The notes beneath the pieces are model-generated. The model did no database searches, had not been told where the DNA came from, and saw nothing but the letters and a program-made list of their open reading frames with translations. Both the position numbers and the translations under genes were made by a program. This document shows, piece by piece, positions 49,451-60,500 of a stretch of 64,000 bases of DNA (positions are counted from its first letter, which is position 1; each line of letters opens with the position of its first letter). The stretch is from an uncultured archaeon (GTDB lineage: Archaea > Thermoproteota > Nitrososphaeria > Nitrososphaerales > Gagatemarchaeaceae). Location: contig CAWCYD010000003.1 of NCBI GenBank assembly GCA_963799775.1, positions 864,001 through 928,000 of the forward strand. Direction: 5' to 3'.

Positions 49451-50560
49451 TTGCACGTACCGCTTGTCGACCTAAAGAGGCAGTATGTGTCAATCAAAGA
49501 CGAGATAGACCAGATCATTCGGCAAGTTCTCGAAGGAGGTAATTACATCTCAGGCGAGAACGTGGAGGCTTTTGAGAAAGAGTTTGCGCAGTACTGCGGC
49601 GCCAAATACGGTATTGGGGTCGCTTCCGGGACTGACGCCTTGACAATCTCGATGGGTGCTCTGAACATCAGAGGAGGAGAGGTGCTGACAGTTCCCAACA
49701 CGTTCATCTCGACAGTTGACGGAATTGTGCGGAACGGCGCCTCACCTGTGTTCATAGACGTGAATGAGCAGACTGCGAATATGAGAGTCGAGGACTTGCG
49801 AGCGAAGTTGACTCCCAAGACAAAGGTGATTCTTCCTGTCCACCTCTACGGCAACCCAGTGCAAATGGAAGAGTTACAGTTTCTTGCAGCGGAGAGGGGC
49901 CTTCGCATTGTAGAAGACGACGCTCACGCCCACGGCGCATCTTATAGAAACAGAAGAACTGGGTCTTTCGGAGATGCAGGATGTTTCAGTTTCTACCCGA
50001 CGAAGGACATCGGTGCATATGGTGACGCCGGGATGATAGTGACCAGCGACGAAACAATAGCCGAGAAATGCAGAATGCTTCGGAACTACGGGGAAGGAAA
50101 GAGATATCATTATGAGCTCATCGGTTACAACAGCCGTCTCGACGAAATCCAGGCAGCGGCCTTGAGGGTCAAGCTCCGTCATGCGGATGATTGGATAAGT
50201 GCGCGAAGAAAGATTGCGAGACGATACAACGAGAATCTGGCTGCTGTGACGAACGTAAAGACGTTCTCCGAGAGTCCCGGTGGACTTTGTGTCTACTACG
50301 CCTTCGTTATCAGGGCAAAGAGGCGCGACGCATTGCAACAGAAGCTAACTAAGATGGGAATAACGACCGCAATACACTACCCAATACCCGTGCACCTACA
50401 GAAAGCGTACGCATACCTGGGCATCGGCCCCCAGAGTTTCCCCGTCGCCGAGGCGCTAGCCAACGAGATACTCTCGCTCCCGATGTTCGCCGAACTTACA
50501 GATGAGGAGATTGATTATGTGTGCGATTGCATCGAGGCATTTGAGAACGGCAATGACTAG
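49451..50560 (+). CDS. DegT/DnrJ/EryC1/StrS sugar aminotransferase
   Basis: VPLVDLKRQY, SGTDAL, PVHLYG, FSFYPTKD, GYNSRLDEIQAA, HYPIPVH. Confidence 0.95.
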   Translation: MHVPLVDLKRQYVSIKDEIDQIIRQVLEGGNYISGENVEAFEKEFAQYCGAKYGIGVASGTDALTISMGALNIRGGEVLTVPNTFISTVDGIVRNGASPVFIDVNEQTANMRVEDLRAKLTPKTKVILPVHLYGNPVQMEELQFLAAERGLRIVEDDAHAHGASYRNRRTGSFGDAGCFSFYPTKDIGAYGDAGMIVTSDETIAEKCRMLRNYGEGKRYHYELIGYNSRLDEIQAAALRVKLRHADDWISARRKIARRYNENLAAVTNVKTFSESPGGLCVYYAFVIRAKRRDALQQKLTKMGITTAIHYPIPVHLQKAYAYLGIGPQSFPVAEALANEILSLPMFAELTDEEIDYVCDCIEAFENGND

Positions 50561-50650
50561 GGCGAGCAAGAATCAGCTGCGTGTCATCGAGCCGCATTTA
50601 TCGAGTGCAAGAACGAACCAACTCTTTCCAGATGCAAAGGGCGCCGCCGT

Positions 50651-51817
50651 ATGAGGCTCGGCGTAATGACGGACAAGATCCACCCAGGGAGCACGCCCAA
50701 AGTCATTGGGCTAGAAGTCCGATATCTTCGGGAAATTGGCCAGCAGGCCGAGGCCATCTCGATTCTAGAAGGCATACCAGGCGGGGACCAATACAGAGAC
50801 TACTTGCAAGGGCAACCGATACGATTTCTTTCATCTGAGGCATCTCCTCTTTTCAAGAAACTTAACTTCAAGTTCCCGTTTTTCGCCTTCTTCTCGACCT
50901 TTCACCTGCTGGCTCCATACTTTGCCAGCAGCGTCGTGAAGCGCGGAGAATACGACGCGATCATCTCGCACGCGACATACACCTGTCTCACCGCCAGGAG
51001 GATCTCGAAGAACAGCGGAATCCCGTATTTCGCATTCATATGGGATCCGATAGACTACATACTCAGAAAATGCTACGGCGACAAACCCCTTCGCCACTTC
51101 TTCCCAGCCTTATTGCCGCTGGGGGGAATTTTGGACAGCTACGTAACAAACGGATCGATGGCTGTAATAACTTGTTCTAACCTCCACGTCGAGTACCTCC
51201 GAACGAAGACCAACAGGCCGATTGAGATTGTTTATCCCGGATGTGAGCCCATTGATAAGATTCCAGGTTCCCGAGGCGACTATATTCTGGCCGTAGACAG
51301 GTGGGATTTGGGAAACAGCCCGCACAAGCTACTTGGAATGATGAAGCTACTGCCAAAGAACGCGAAACTGGTTGTTGTAGGGTTCTGGTATCCAGAGTCG
51401 CTCCGAACCTCGTTCGAGAGCCAAATAAAGGCGGAGGGACTCGCTGACCAGGTGGAAGCCCGGGGGCCCGCCAATCGTGAGCAGCTCAAGGCTCTCTACA
51501 GTCAAGCGCGAGTTCTCGTCCATCCCAACGAAGAGGTCTTTGGGTTTGTGCCACACGAGGCAGCCTCCTGCGGATGCCCTATTATCATGCCGGGAACATC
51601 CGGAAATTGTGAGGTCTACAAGCACGGTATCCATGGCTTCTTCCCTCCGAAGTTCGACACGCACGCCTTCGCGGAATATGCCGGTCGACTCGTCGCTGAC
51701 GAGCGCCTCGCATGGAAAATGGGCGAGGCTGCGTGGATTGAGGCTAGGAAGCACACGTGGAAAGACCACACACTGAGGCTCAATGAGATTGTCACGAAGT
51801 ACATAGGCCCGAGATAA
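50651..51817 (+). CDS. Glycosyltransferase family 4
   Basis: VYPG, EEVFGFVPHEAASCGCPII. Confidence 0.88.
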   Translation: MRLGVMTDKIHPGSTPKVIGLEVRYLREIGQQAEAISILEGIPGGDQYRDYLQGQPIRFLSSEASPLFKKLNFKFPFFAFFSTFHLLAPYFASSVVKRGEYDAIISHATYTCLTARRISKNSGIPYFAFIWDPIDYILRKCYGDKPLRHFFPALLPLGGILDSYVTNGSMAVITCSNLHVEYLRTKTNRPIEIVYPGCEPIDKIPGSRGDYILAVDRWDLGNSPHKLLGMMKLLPKNAKLVVVGFWYPESLRTSFESQIKAEGLADQVEARGPANREQLKALYSQARVLVHPNEEVFGFVPHEAASCGCPIIMPGTSGNCEVYKHGIHGFFPPKFDTHAFAEYAGRLVADERLAWKMGEAAWIEARKHTWKDHTLRLNEIVTKYIGPR

Positions 51818-51882
51818 AGGCGAAGCCAACGGATAGTCGAAAGCCAAACGCTTTTGAGATAACCTCCTCAGGCTCCAGTAGG

Positions 51883-52627
51883 ATGGCGATCTTCCCAGAA
51901 TTCGCCGGTTCGAAAATCCTAGTAGTCGGAGGAACCGGAGGCATCGGAAGCGCCTGCGTCAAGCTGTTTGTCAGGGGGGGAGGCGCGGTCGGATACACTA
52001 CCCACAAGTCCCCTGCCCTCAAGATGAAGTCGCTTGGACTTGAGGCGGAGATGAAGCCGAAACATTGGAGAGTAGACGTTGCCGACGACGCCTCCTTAGA
52101 GGAACTGGCCAGGCGCGTGGAGTCGGAGTTCAGAGCACTCGATGCGGTTGTAATGTGCCAAGGCATCATTACAGGGAAACGAATGACGGAATATGCTCTG
52201 CCCGAGATAGACAGAGTCTTCAACGTGAACGTGGTCAGCATGGTGAAATTGACGAAACTAATCCATCCGCTGATGGCACAAGAATCATCCATCGTCTACA
52301 TTTCCAGCATCTCTGCGTTCGCGGGCAGTTACGACGCAGTGTATGCTTCGACCAAAGGTGCCATAGTCTCATTCGTGAAGTCGATGGCGAGGCAGTATGG
52401 GCCAAAAATAAGGGTCAATGCGGTGGCACCCGGTCTCACAGAGGACACCGGGATGTACCAGGGGATGCAGGAAAAGGTGCAAACTCAGCATCGCAAGGCC
52501 ACAGCACTGAAGAGGCTGGCTTCTCCCGATGACATCGCGAATACTGTTGCGTTTCTCTCGAGCAGACTAGCACGTCAGGTTACGGGGCACCTGTGTCGAT
52601 GTCAATGGCGGAGAATACATGCGATGA
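51883..52627 (+). CDS. Classical SDR oxidoreductase (frameshift near 52585)
   Basis: GGTGGIG, ISSISA, YASTKG, RVNAVAPG; the shifted frame gives TCVDVNGGEYMR*. Confidence 0.88.
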
Positions 52628-52901
52628 AGACGATGGGAGTCATCGGTGCGGGGATATTCGGCGTCGGTCGCGCTGGCCCTTGGACGCAACTTCAAAAGAC
52701 GACGACGAGTCCAGAAAGGTGGCTCTGTTCACCACGGGGACGATGCAAAGTGACCAGCTTTCCGGACCAGTCTAATCCTCGAACCTTCGAGGAGTACGGC
52801 ACTGATGGAGGAAGGCTCAGGCCCGTATTCACAGGACGGCCCGAGCCGACTCGCTCGCTGCGAATTCCTTAAAGGGTCAACCAGCTTGGGCGCCTCAATC
52901 G

Positions 52902-53955
52902 TTGAAGGGCTTGATTCTTGCAGGAGGATACGGGTCGCGGCTGAGACCTTTCACATTCTCAACAAACAAACACCTGCTGCCAATAGCGAACAAACCCCTT
53001 GTTTTGCATTGCGTAGAGGAACCTCAAGAACGCGGGTATTGACGACATTGTCGTTGTCGTGGGGCCGTTCTCCGACGCAATCTCGGCGAGACTGGGAGAT
53101 GGGTCGGCTATGGGTGTGAGGATACAATACGTCCGTCAGGATGTGCCAAGAGGACTAGCCCATGCCGTGATGATTAGCAAGGATTACCTGCAAGGTGAGC
53201 CTTTCCTCCTTCACCTCGGAGACAATCTGCTCGAACATGGAGTCTCATCTTTCGTCAAGGCGTTTGAGACAGACCGTGTGGACACCGTAATCGGCATAAC
53301 GAAGGTGGGCAATCCTGAAAGATATGGGATTGTTGAGTTCGAAGATGACACACCGTCTCGAATCTTGGAGAAGCCTGTGAAGACCAGCAGTAACTCGGCC
53401 ATAATAGGCGTATACGTATTCAGCAGTAGCATCTTTGACGCGATTCAAAAGCTCAAGCCATCGCCGCGCGGCGAAATGGAGATTACTGATGCCCTCGAGG
53501 TTCACCGAAGGGAAGGCAGAAAGATCAAGCTGCACCGATTTTCGGGTTGGTGGAAAGACGCTGGCACGCCCGCGGACTTCATTGAGGCCAACAAGCTGAT
53601 GCTCGACAAGCATCGTCACGAGGTTGCCGGCAAAATAGAGGAGGGAGCGACCGTTTCCAGCAACATCACCGTTGGCGCCGGCAGCGTCATCAAGAGCGGA
53701 GCGAGAATCCTGGGGCCTTCCATCATAGGCGAAGCTTGCACAATCGGGACCGGCGCCATAATCGGCCCGTATGTCTGCATAGGAGATGGGGGAACCATTT
53801 ATCGGGCAAAACTAAGAGATTCTATCGTGATGAATCGATGCAACATTGATGTCGATGTTTCATTCAGTTCAAGCATCATCGGCAATGACGCGACTGTCAA
53901 AAGCGGCCCCTTCACGAACTTCTTACTCGGGGATGAATGCTCAATCACTCTCTGA
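52902..53955 (+). CDS. rfbA: Glucose-1-phosphate thymidylyltransferase, long form (frameshift near 53020)
   Basis: TTG start, [27 protein letters not shown]; [29 protein letters not shown]; C-terminal hexapeptide repeats. Confidence 0.92.
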
Positions 53956-54226
53956 CCGGAACTGGCGGGAGATTGAAGTATGCCTTGGCACTAGGCGACA
54001 ACTAAGCAGACTCGCTTCTCATGTGGACGGGAACAAAGGCAAGGGTCGTTCTTGTTGGCGGACACTCGTATTGGCCTGAGCAAATTAGCAATACACCATC
54101 ATGGCGAGTTAAGCTGTGCGACTTTCGGCAGATCCTGTCGCTTTGAGTCGCTAAATCCCTATCTTTCGCATCATGATGGAAACCGTTTGTTCGAATTCCC
54201 CCGCTTCTTATTAGGCTAGTGACAAC

Positions 54227-57200
54227 GTGGTCGGGAGAGGCAGACGAATGAGTGATAGGGTGACAGAAGGACCGCAGTCTCGAATTGAGGTTTCACCATT
54301 TAGATGGCTGCTGCGAAGGTGGTATCTGCTAATTCCGGTGGCTTTGTCCCTACTGACTTGGTGGACACCAAACTTCTTCTCTCCTAACACCATTATCGAT
54401 TTTGCAGATCTCAGCTATCCGCTCGTTCCGTCGAATATTGTTCAGATCTACCTTCACACGTGGGGCTTCCAGGGATCAGGATCTCCCAATTCATATCTGG
54501 CGCCGTTACCTCTCTGGCTCTTGAACTCGGGGGTCGTGAGCTCAGGGATTCCATTGTGGATTGCAAATCGAATTTTCGTAGCGATCCTCCCTCTCACTTT
54601 GACGGGCTGGTCGGCGTACTATCTTGCCAGATCAGTGATAGAAGGTGAGAATTCCAAGCCCGGCGCGATTGTGGCCATGGTTTTCGCCATGCTTTCGCCC
54701 ACTCTCGGTCAGACCATCCTGTTTCAGATCTCCATGGCAGGATTCTTGCTCCTGTTGGGGAGCCTCATCCGGGGGCTGAGAAAGGACAAGATTCAGGCCC
54801 GTCATCTACTTCTTTCCGTGGCTGGCTCAGTAATGTTAGCTCAGGCGCCAATCACGATGTATCTCGGACTCTTGGTCATTTCGATTGTACTCGTCTTGCT
54901 TGTAGTTTCAAGGTATCTGGTTCTAACCACAGCCAAGGCAGAGTTCTTTGGATTGGCGTTAGTCTGCTGCGTGCTGGCCAATGCATACTGGTTACTCCCG
55001 CTCGGCATGAGTTTGACCACTCAGTCAGTCGCGCAGATTGGCTATCGCAGCGCACTTCAAGGCGCCAGCCAGTCGGGTCTCGCGATTCTCCAAGGCTACA
55101 GACCCTTCGCAAGTCTTGATTGGGTTTTGCGACTCGTTATTGCCAATCCCGTTGCCTCCGTATACTCATGGTATTCATCTCCCCTAATTGTTGGCTTGAA
55201 TTTCGCAGTATGTGCAACTGCATACGCGGCTGTCGTAATAAGCAGGAGAAATCGTTCCGTCATTGCTTTCGCGGTCACGGGGCTGATTCTTACCCTGGGT
55301 GCAACCACAATACACTACCCCCAGATTGCTCTGGTCTACGAATTTCTCACGGTCCATCTTCCAGGCTTCGTGATTGTGTATGCTCCGGGCTACTGGCTAC
55401 TCTTCTTGGCGATGGTCTACGCGGTCCTCCTGGGGATGACTACAGCATGCGTTCTGGACAAGATCGAGGTTAACGCAAGATTGGGTAAGACCGCTCGCAC
55501 TCTCAGAAGAGTCTCAGGTAGAATTGCTCTATGTGCGGCCCTTTTTCTCATGATAGGTTCGTACGCGTACGTCCCTCTGGTAGGCGTGCCAAATCCCACT
55601 ATCTTCGGAAATCACACGCCTTACGGGAACCACGTCTCCGCTTTTGTGGTCCCGAGCGAGTACAACGAGTTAAGAAATCTTCTGGCCAATGATTCCGCCT
55701 GCGGATGCAAACTGCTAGTGCTCCCTCTACAGGGGGGATCGTATATGATCTACTCTTGGTACAGCGACTACAACCTCCCGGACATCGCATCATTCGTGTC
55801 CCCCATCCCAATCGTTGGCCAAATCTCGGCAACATTCCCAATACTTCAGAACATCACCGCCGCGCTTGACCAGAATAGACCCGATCTCGCGGCCCGACTG
55901 ATGGGTATGGCTTCGATCAAGTACGTTCTCATTCACTTTGACACTCTCAACGTCTCGCCCATCACTCTTCAGGCTCCCTCTCCATACTCGAATGAGACGG
56001 CTCTTCCTTACAATCGGGAAATAGGCAATTCGACCTACTTCAACCGCGTTTTGGCAGGCAATCAGTTCGCGCTCTATGAAATCAGTCCAAGCGATGAGCC
56101 CATTATAATCACCTCTGCCGGAGTGAAACTCTTCGCTGATACAGTTTTGCCCGTGCCCGCTCCGCCAGATGCGATACGTTTCGCCGCTAACTACAGCGGG
56201 ACCACGTACGCCGATGCCCTCGCCCAACTGCGACCCGGAATGACCATGAAGGAATATACCGAGGCCGTGGTCGCTTCAACCACCGTTAGTCCGCTTTCAA
56301 CAGTGGCTTCGCATGCAGCGGCTCTCTGGACATTTAACCAGACCAACGGCACAGAGCTTCGAGACCTGTCGGGTAATGAGAATGACGGAGTCTTGGTCGG
56401 CTCCCCCGAATGGAGCACAGACGGAACCTGTTTCTCAGGCTCTTGCCTGAAGTTTGGAGGGGGGGCCGGCAGCTACGTTGTAGTCCCTGACAGTGAGTCT
56501 CTCAGAATTACGACTGGATTCACCATCTCAACGTGGATTCGACTCGATTCATGCAACAAGGAGGCAATCTCCTACGTCATTAGCAAGGGTCTTGATAGCA
56601 CGAACAATTGGAGCCTAGCTCTAACACAGGGCGAATGCTACCCCGAAGTAATCTATTTTGACGGAACAAGCAATCAAGTTGCAACTGGAAACAATCCAAT
56701 TCTCCCAGGCGAATGGCACCTACTAACTGCAACTTGGGACGGAAGTCCCTTCGTATTTACTATGACGGCTTGCTAGCAGGCCAATCTATCGCTGTTGGCA
56801 CTCCAGTTACGGGAGACGAGTCTGTGGCAATCGGCGGGAGGGATGATGGGTCTGGTTTCTGCTCATGCTCAATAGAAGACGCAGCAGTGCTCAACGTGAC
56901 GCTCAGTCAGGAACAGATCGCACAGATGAGAGAGCGAACAATCAGCGGCGAGCAGTTCAATCAGGTGTTGAGCACGATGAATGAGCCTCCTTCTCAAGGA
57001 TATGCCGCAACATTGCCCACTTTTCCTCTGACGAATAACCTTTTGCAACCGATTTTCCAAGTCGACACGATGGGAGAGGGTTCAGTAAGCTTTACGCAGG
57101 AAGCCTTCGCTGCATTTTCCGGAACGGTAAGCAGCACCCAGCCAGGATATCTTATTTTCCTAACACAGTCTGATCAGCAATGGGAGTTGACAATTGCAGG

Positions 57201-57495
57201 CACCTCCGTCCCACATGCAACTGTGATCCCACGATATGCCAGAGGATTGGGCGGCAACCTTTCGGTAAATGTGTGGCCGATAAACGCCGGATTAAACCAG
57301 ACATTCAAACTGGTTTACCAACCTGAAAGATATGCTCAACTTGGGGAAATCATCTCTCTGGCCGCCATCACGACCATATTGTCTGCTGTAGGGCTCGTGG
57401 CGGTCATCACTACTCACCGACATGCTTCACTGGTTAGAAGAGGTCATCCACCTTCCAACGCGTCGAGGGTACCAGACCAAGACAAGCGCGAGTAG
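54227..57495 (+). CDS. GT-C-like multi-TM protein with extracellular LamG domain, paralogue 1 (frameshift near 56745)
   Basis: About 12 TM segments, first-loop DFAD, LamG (WTFN..DLSGNENDG..FTISTWI..WHLLTATWDG), C-terminal TM. Confidence 0.75.
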
Positions 57496-57504
57496 ATTGA
57501 GAGA

Positions 57505-60439
57505 GTGATTTCTGAGGAAAGAAATGCCTGGCGCGGGCTAATCAAATTCGCGAGAATCCATGCCGTTCCAGTAGTAGCCCTTCTCGCAATCTCACTAGTT
57601 CCTTGGATTTCGATGGGCATTTTCTCAAATACGATTTGGTACGAGTGGGATGCAGTATTCCGTTTCTACCCACTGGACGCGCTAGTCGACAGCATCTCGC
57701 CAATCAGTTCGATTGCAGGTATTGCGACTCAGAACTCAGGAATCCCGGGAAGCCTCCCGGGATATGCTCTCCAGTATTTTGGCCGCCTGATCGGGCTCTC
57801 CGTGATTCAGCTTGACCGCCTTGTGTACCTGGTTCCCTGGGCCCTGAGAGGAATCGGAATGTATGCACTCCTAAGTGTCCTGGAGCGAAGCAATTCGAGG
57901 TCTGCACTTCTTGGCAAGTTTCTTGGGGCGCTTCTCTACCAGTTTGCTCCACTGGGGGAACCCTTCAGCTCGAACATCTCAAGCGTCACGGCCGGAACCG
58001 CCCCATTGGCTCTGGCAATCTACGCTTCAGGAGCCAAGGCCGCAAACTGGGTGAAGTATTCTATTGCTTCTGCACTTGTGTTCACTGTCTCAATTGCAAC
58101 TGGATATTCTATCGTTTTCTTGCCCTTCTTAATCTGCTTGTACACCATCTTCGCCTTTCGTCGTGGAAGAATTCTGAGGGGGCTGGTATACATTCTTACG
58201 ACTTTGGGTCTTTGTTTGATATCCTCGAGCTATTTTTTTCTGCCGTACTTACATTCGGTCGCATCGAGCCCTGGAACATTTGGTTTCCTAACTAGTAACT
58301 TCAACCAAGCAGGTGCAATCGGATCGAGCTCGATGAATTCAATCCAGAATCTTGCCTCGAAAAACAACATTGTCTACAACTCGTTGGGCTTGCTGGAAGG
58401 TGTGTGGAACTGGGGAAGCGCGTATACTGTGCCCTGGATTCTTTTGTCTTTGGCAACAACCACAGGCCTCGCATATTCTTATCTGCTCGGTCGGAGGGAC
58501 CGAATCACCTTCTTTCTCGCAGTCTTGGGCACAGTAGAAATCGTGCTCATTACGACTTTGGAATTTCCGTACGTTCGCGACATCTATCTCTTCGGCTTTC
58601 AGCATCTCAATGCGTTCTTCGTCAATCCCATCTACTTCCTGTACGGAATTTGGCTTGCCGAGGCGGCACTTTTTGGTCTTGTCGCTTGTAAGCTGCTTGC
58701 AGGCGCCTCGAAGAAAAGGCTGACTGCGATTGCCGCTGTCCTGCTCATTCTTGTTCTCTTGGATTCAGTCCCGATGATCGACGGAGCCATGATCAAGGGC
58801 GATGTCAGCCCGACCATGGGCTTTCCAATCCCACAGCAATATTACCAACTTCATGACCTGCTCAACAACGCCCCCGTCGGAGCAAGACTGATGGAGGTCC
58901 CGGCAATTGGCTTACAAGTTCCCTGTAACGGACAAGATTCGCCCGGATTCACCTGGGCAAGCCAACCTGGATGTTTCGACACGTGGATTGCGAAACTCGT
59001 CCCCAGACAAGTTGAAGTCCTCGGCGAAGATCCTGGGACACTTTCAGCTACGGGCTCAGCAGCTTTGTTCACGATGCTTGCGGCACCTCAAATAAATTTC
59101 GAGTCCGAAGCCTCGCTAATGCAACGGCTGAATGTCCACTACATGCTCGTTCACAAGGACCTTACAGCTGCCCCGAGCTGGGTCCAGTCCCTTGGTCCAA
59201 AGCTCATTGAGAGTGGAGAATTCAATCTAGTTACATCAAACCCATATTTTGACCTTTACTCCGTCAATATTCCAGCGTCAGCCGTCTACTTGGCGAATCC
59301 CAACGAGAGCTTGAACGCTAGCGGCCAGGAGAGCCACCTAAGAGCTTATTGGGCCTTGGACGAAGGAGCGGGCACTCTGGTGAATGACAGCTCACTGGAT
59401 AATGCGAACGGAGAGGTGGTAGGTCATCCGGACTGGATTTCCAATAGCTCTTGCTTTACAAGGTCCCTGCCTTCGGTTTGACGGAACTAGTACTTACGTG
59501 GTGGTGCAGGACCAGAATGGTCTCAGGCTTGACCAATCTTATACAATCGCGCTTTGGGTAAAGGTCGATATTTGTAGGAACGACTCCGTCTCATATCTCG
59601 CGAGCAAAGGTCTTGACTCGACCAACAATTGGTCCCTTGTTCTCGCGCAGAGCACTTGTCAGGTCCAACTCATATATTCCGACGGACAGGCAAATCATGC
59701 TTCAGAGTTGGCCAATGCCACAGCCCTAAGGCCAAACACCTGGTATTTCATTGCGGCGACGTGGGATGGGAATACGCTGATTACATATGTTGACTCGAAA
59801 CAAGATACCACGAACCCTGCACCTCAGCCTCCGGTCACCGGAAATGAAAGCGTCGCAATCGGTGGGAGAGATGACGGACGGGGCATCTGCGAGTGCTTCA
59901 TTTCAAATGTTGCGATTTTTGATTTCGCGATGAGCCAGGGCTCAATTGCGAAAGTTCAGCGAGCGGAAAGCTTGGGGTTGAGCCCGGATTCAGTATTGGG
60001 CACAATTCCGATTACAGAAATTCTAGGACAGGGATTCTATCAGTTTCAACCTCCGGGAAATACGCTGACTATTGAATCCTCATCGCTCTCGAATTGGAGC
60101 GTTGATGTTAACTTCACTGGAACGCGAGTATTAGTACTAACGGAGCTCTACAATAACCAATATGTCCTGATACTAGACGGCCGAGCAGTCCCAATTTCGT
60201 CGCACGTATTGGCCAATGGCTACGCCAACGGCTGGCTACTGAATGGCACGGGAATACCTCAACACATTGTGATTTCCGATACCGCTCAACCCTACTTCTA
60301 TTTTGGTGCTATCACATCTTCCGTGTTTTGGGCTATTGCCTTGGTGTTTCTGAGTGATTTGCCGCGCTGGATACGCGCGAAACTCCCTGCACTATCGAGT
60401 GCTAAGGGACGTATTAGCAGCGCGATTGGGGGAGAATAG
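57505..60439 (+). CDS. GT-C-like multi-TM protein with LamG domain, paralogue 2 (frameshift near 59465)
   Basis: WYEWDAVFRFYP, multiple TMs, YWALDEGAGT..WYFIAATWDG, GYANGW, C-terminal TM. Confidence 0.75.
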
Positions 60440-60500
60440 ACCATCGGCATTGGCAAATTCTGCGAGTCCAATAATCATCACACTTTCAACGACACGAAGG

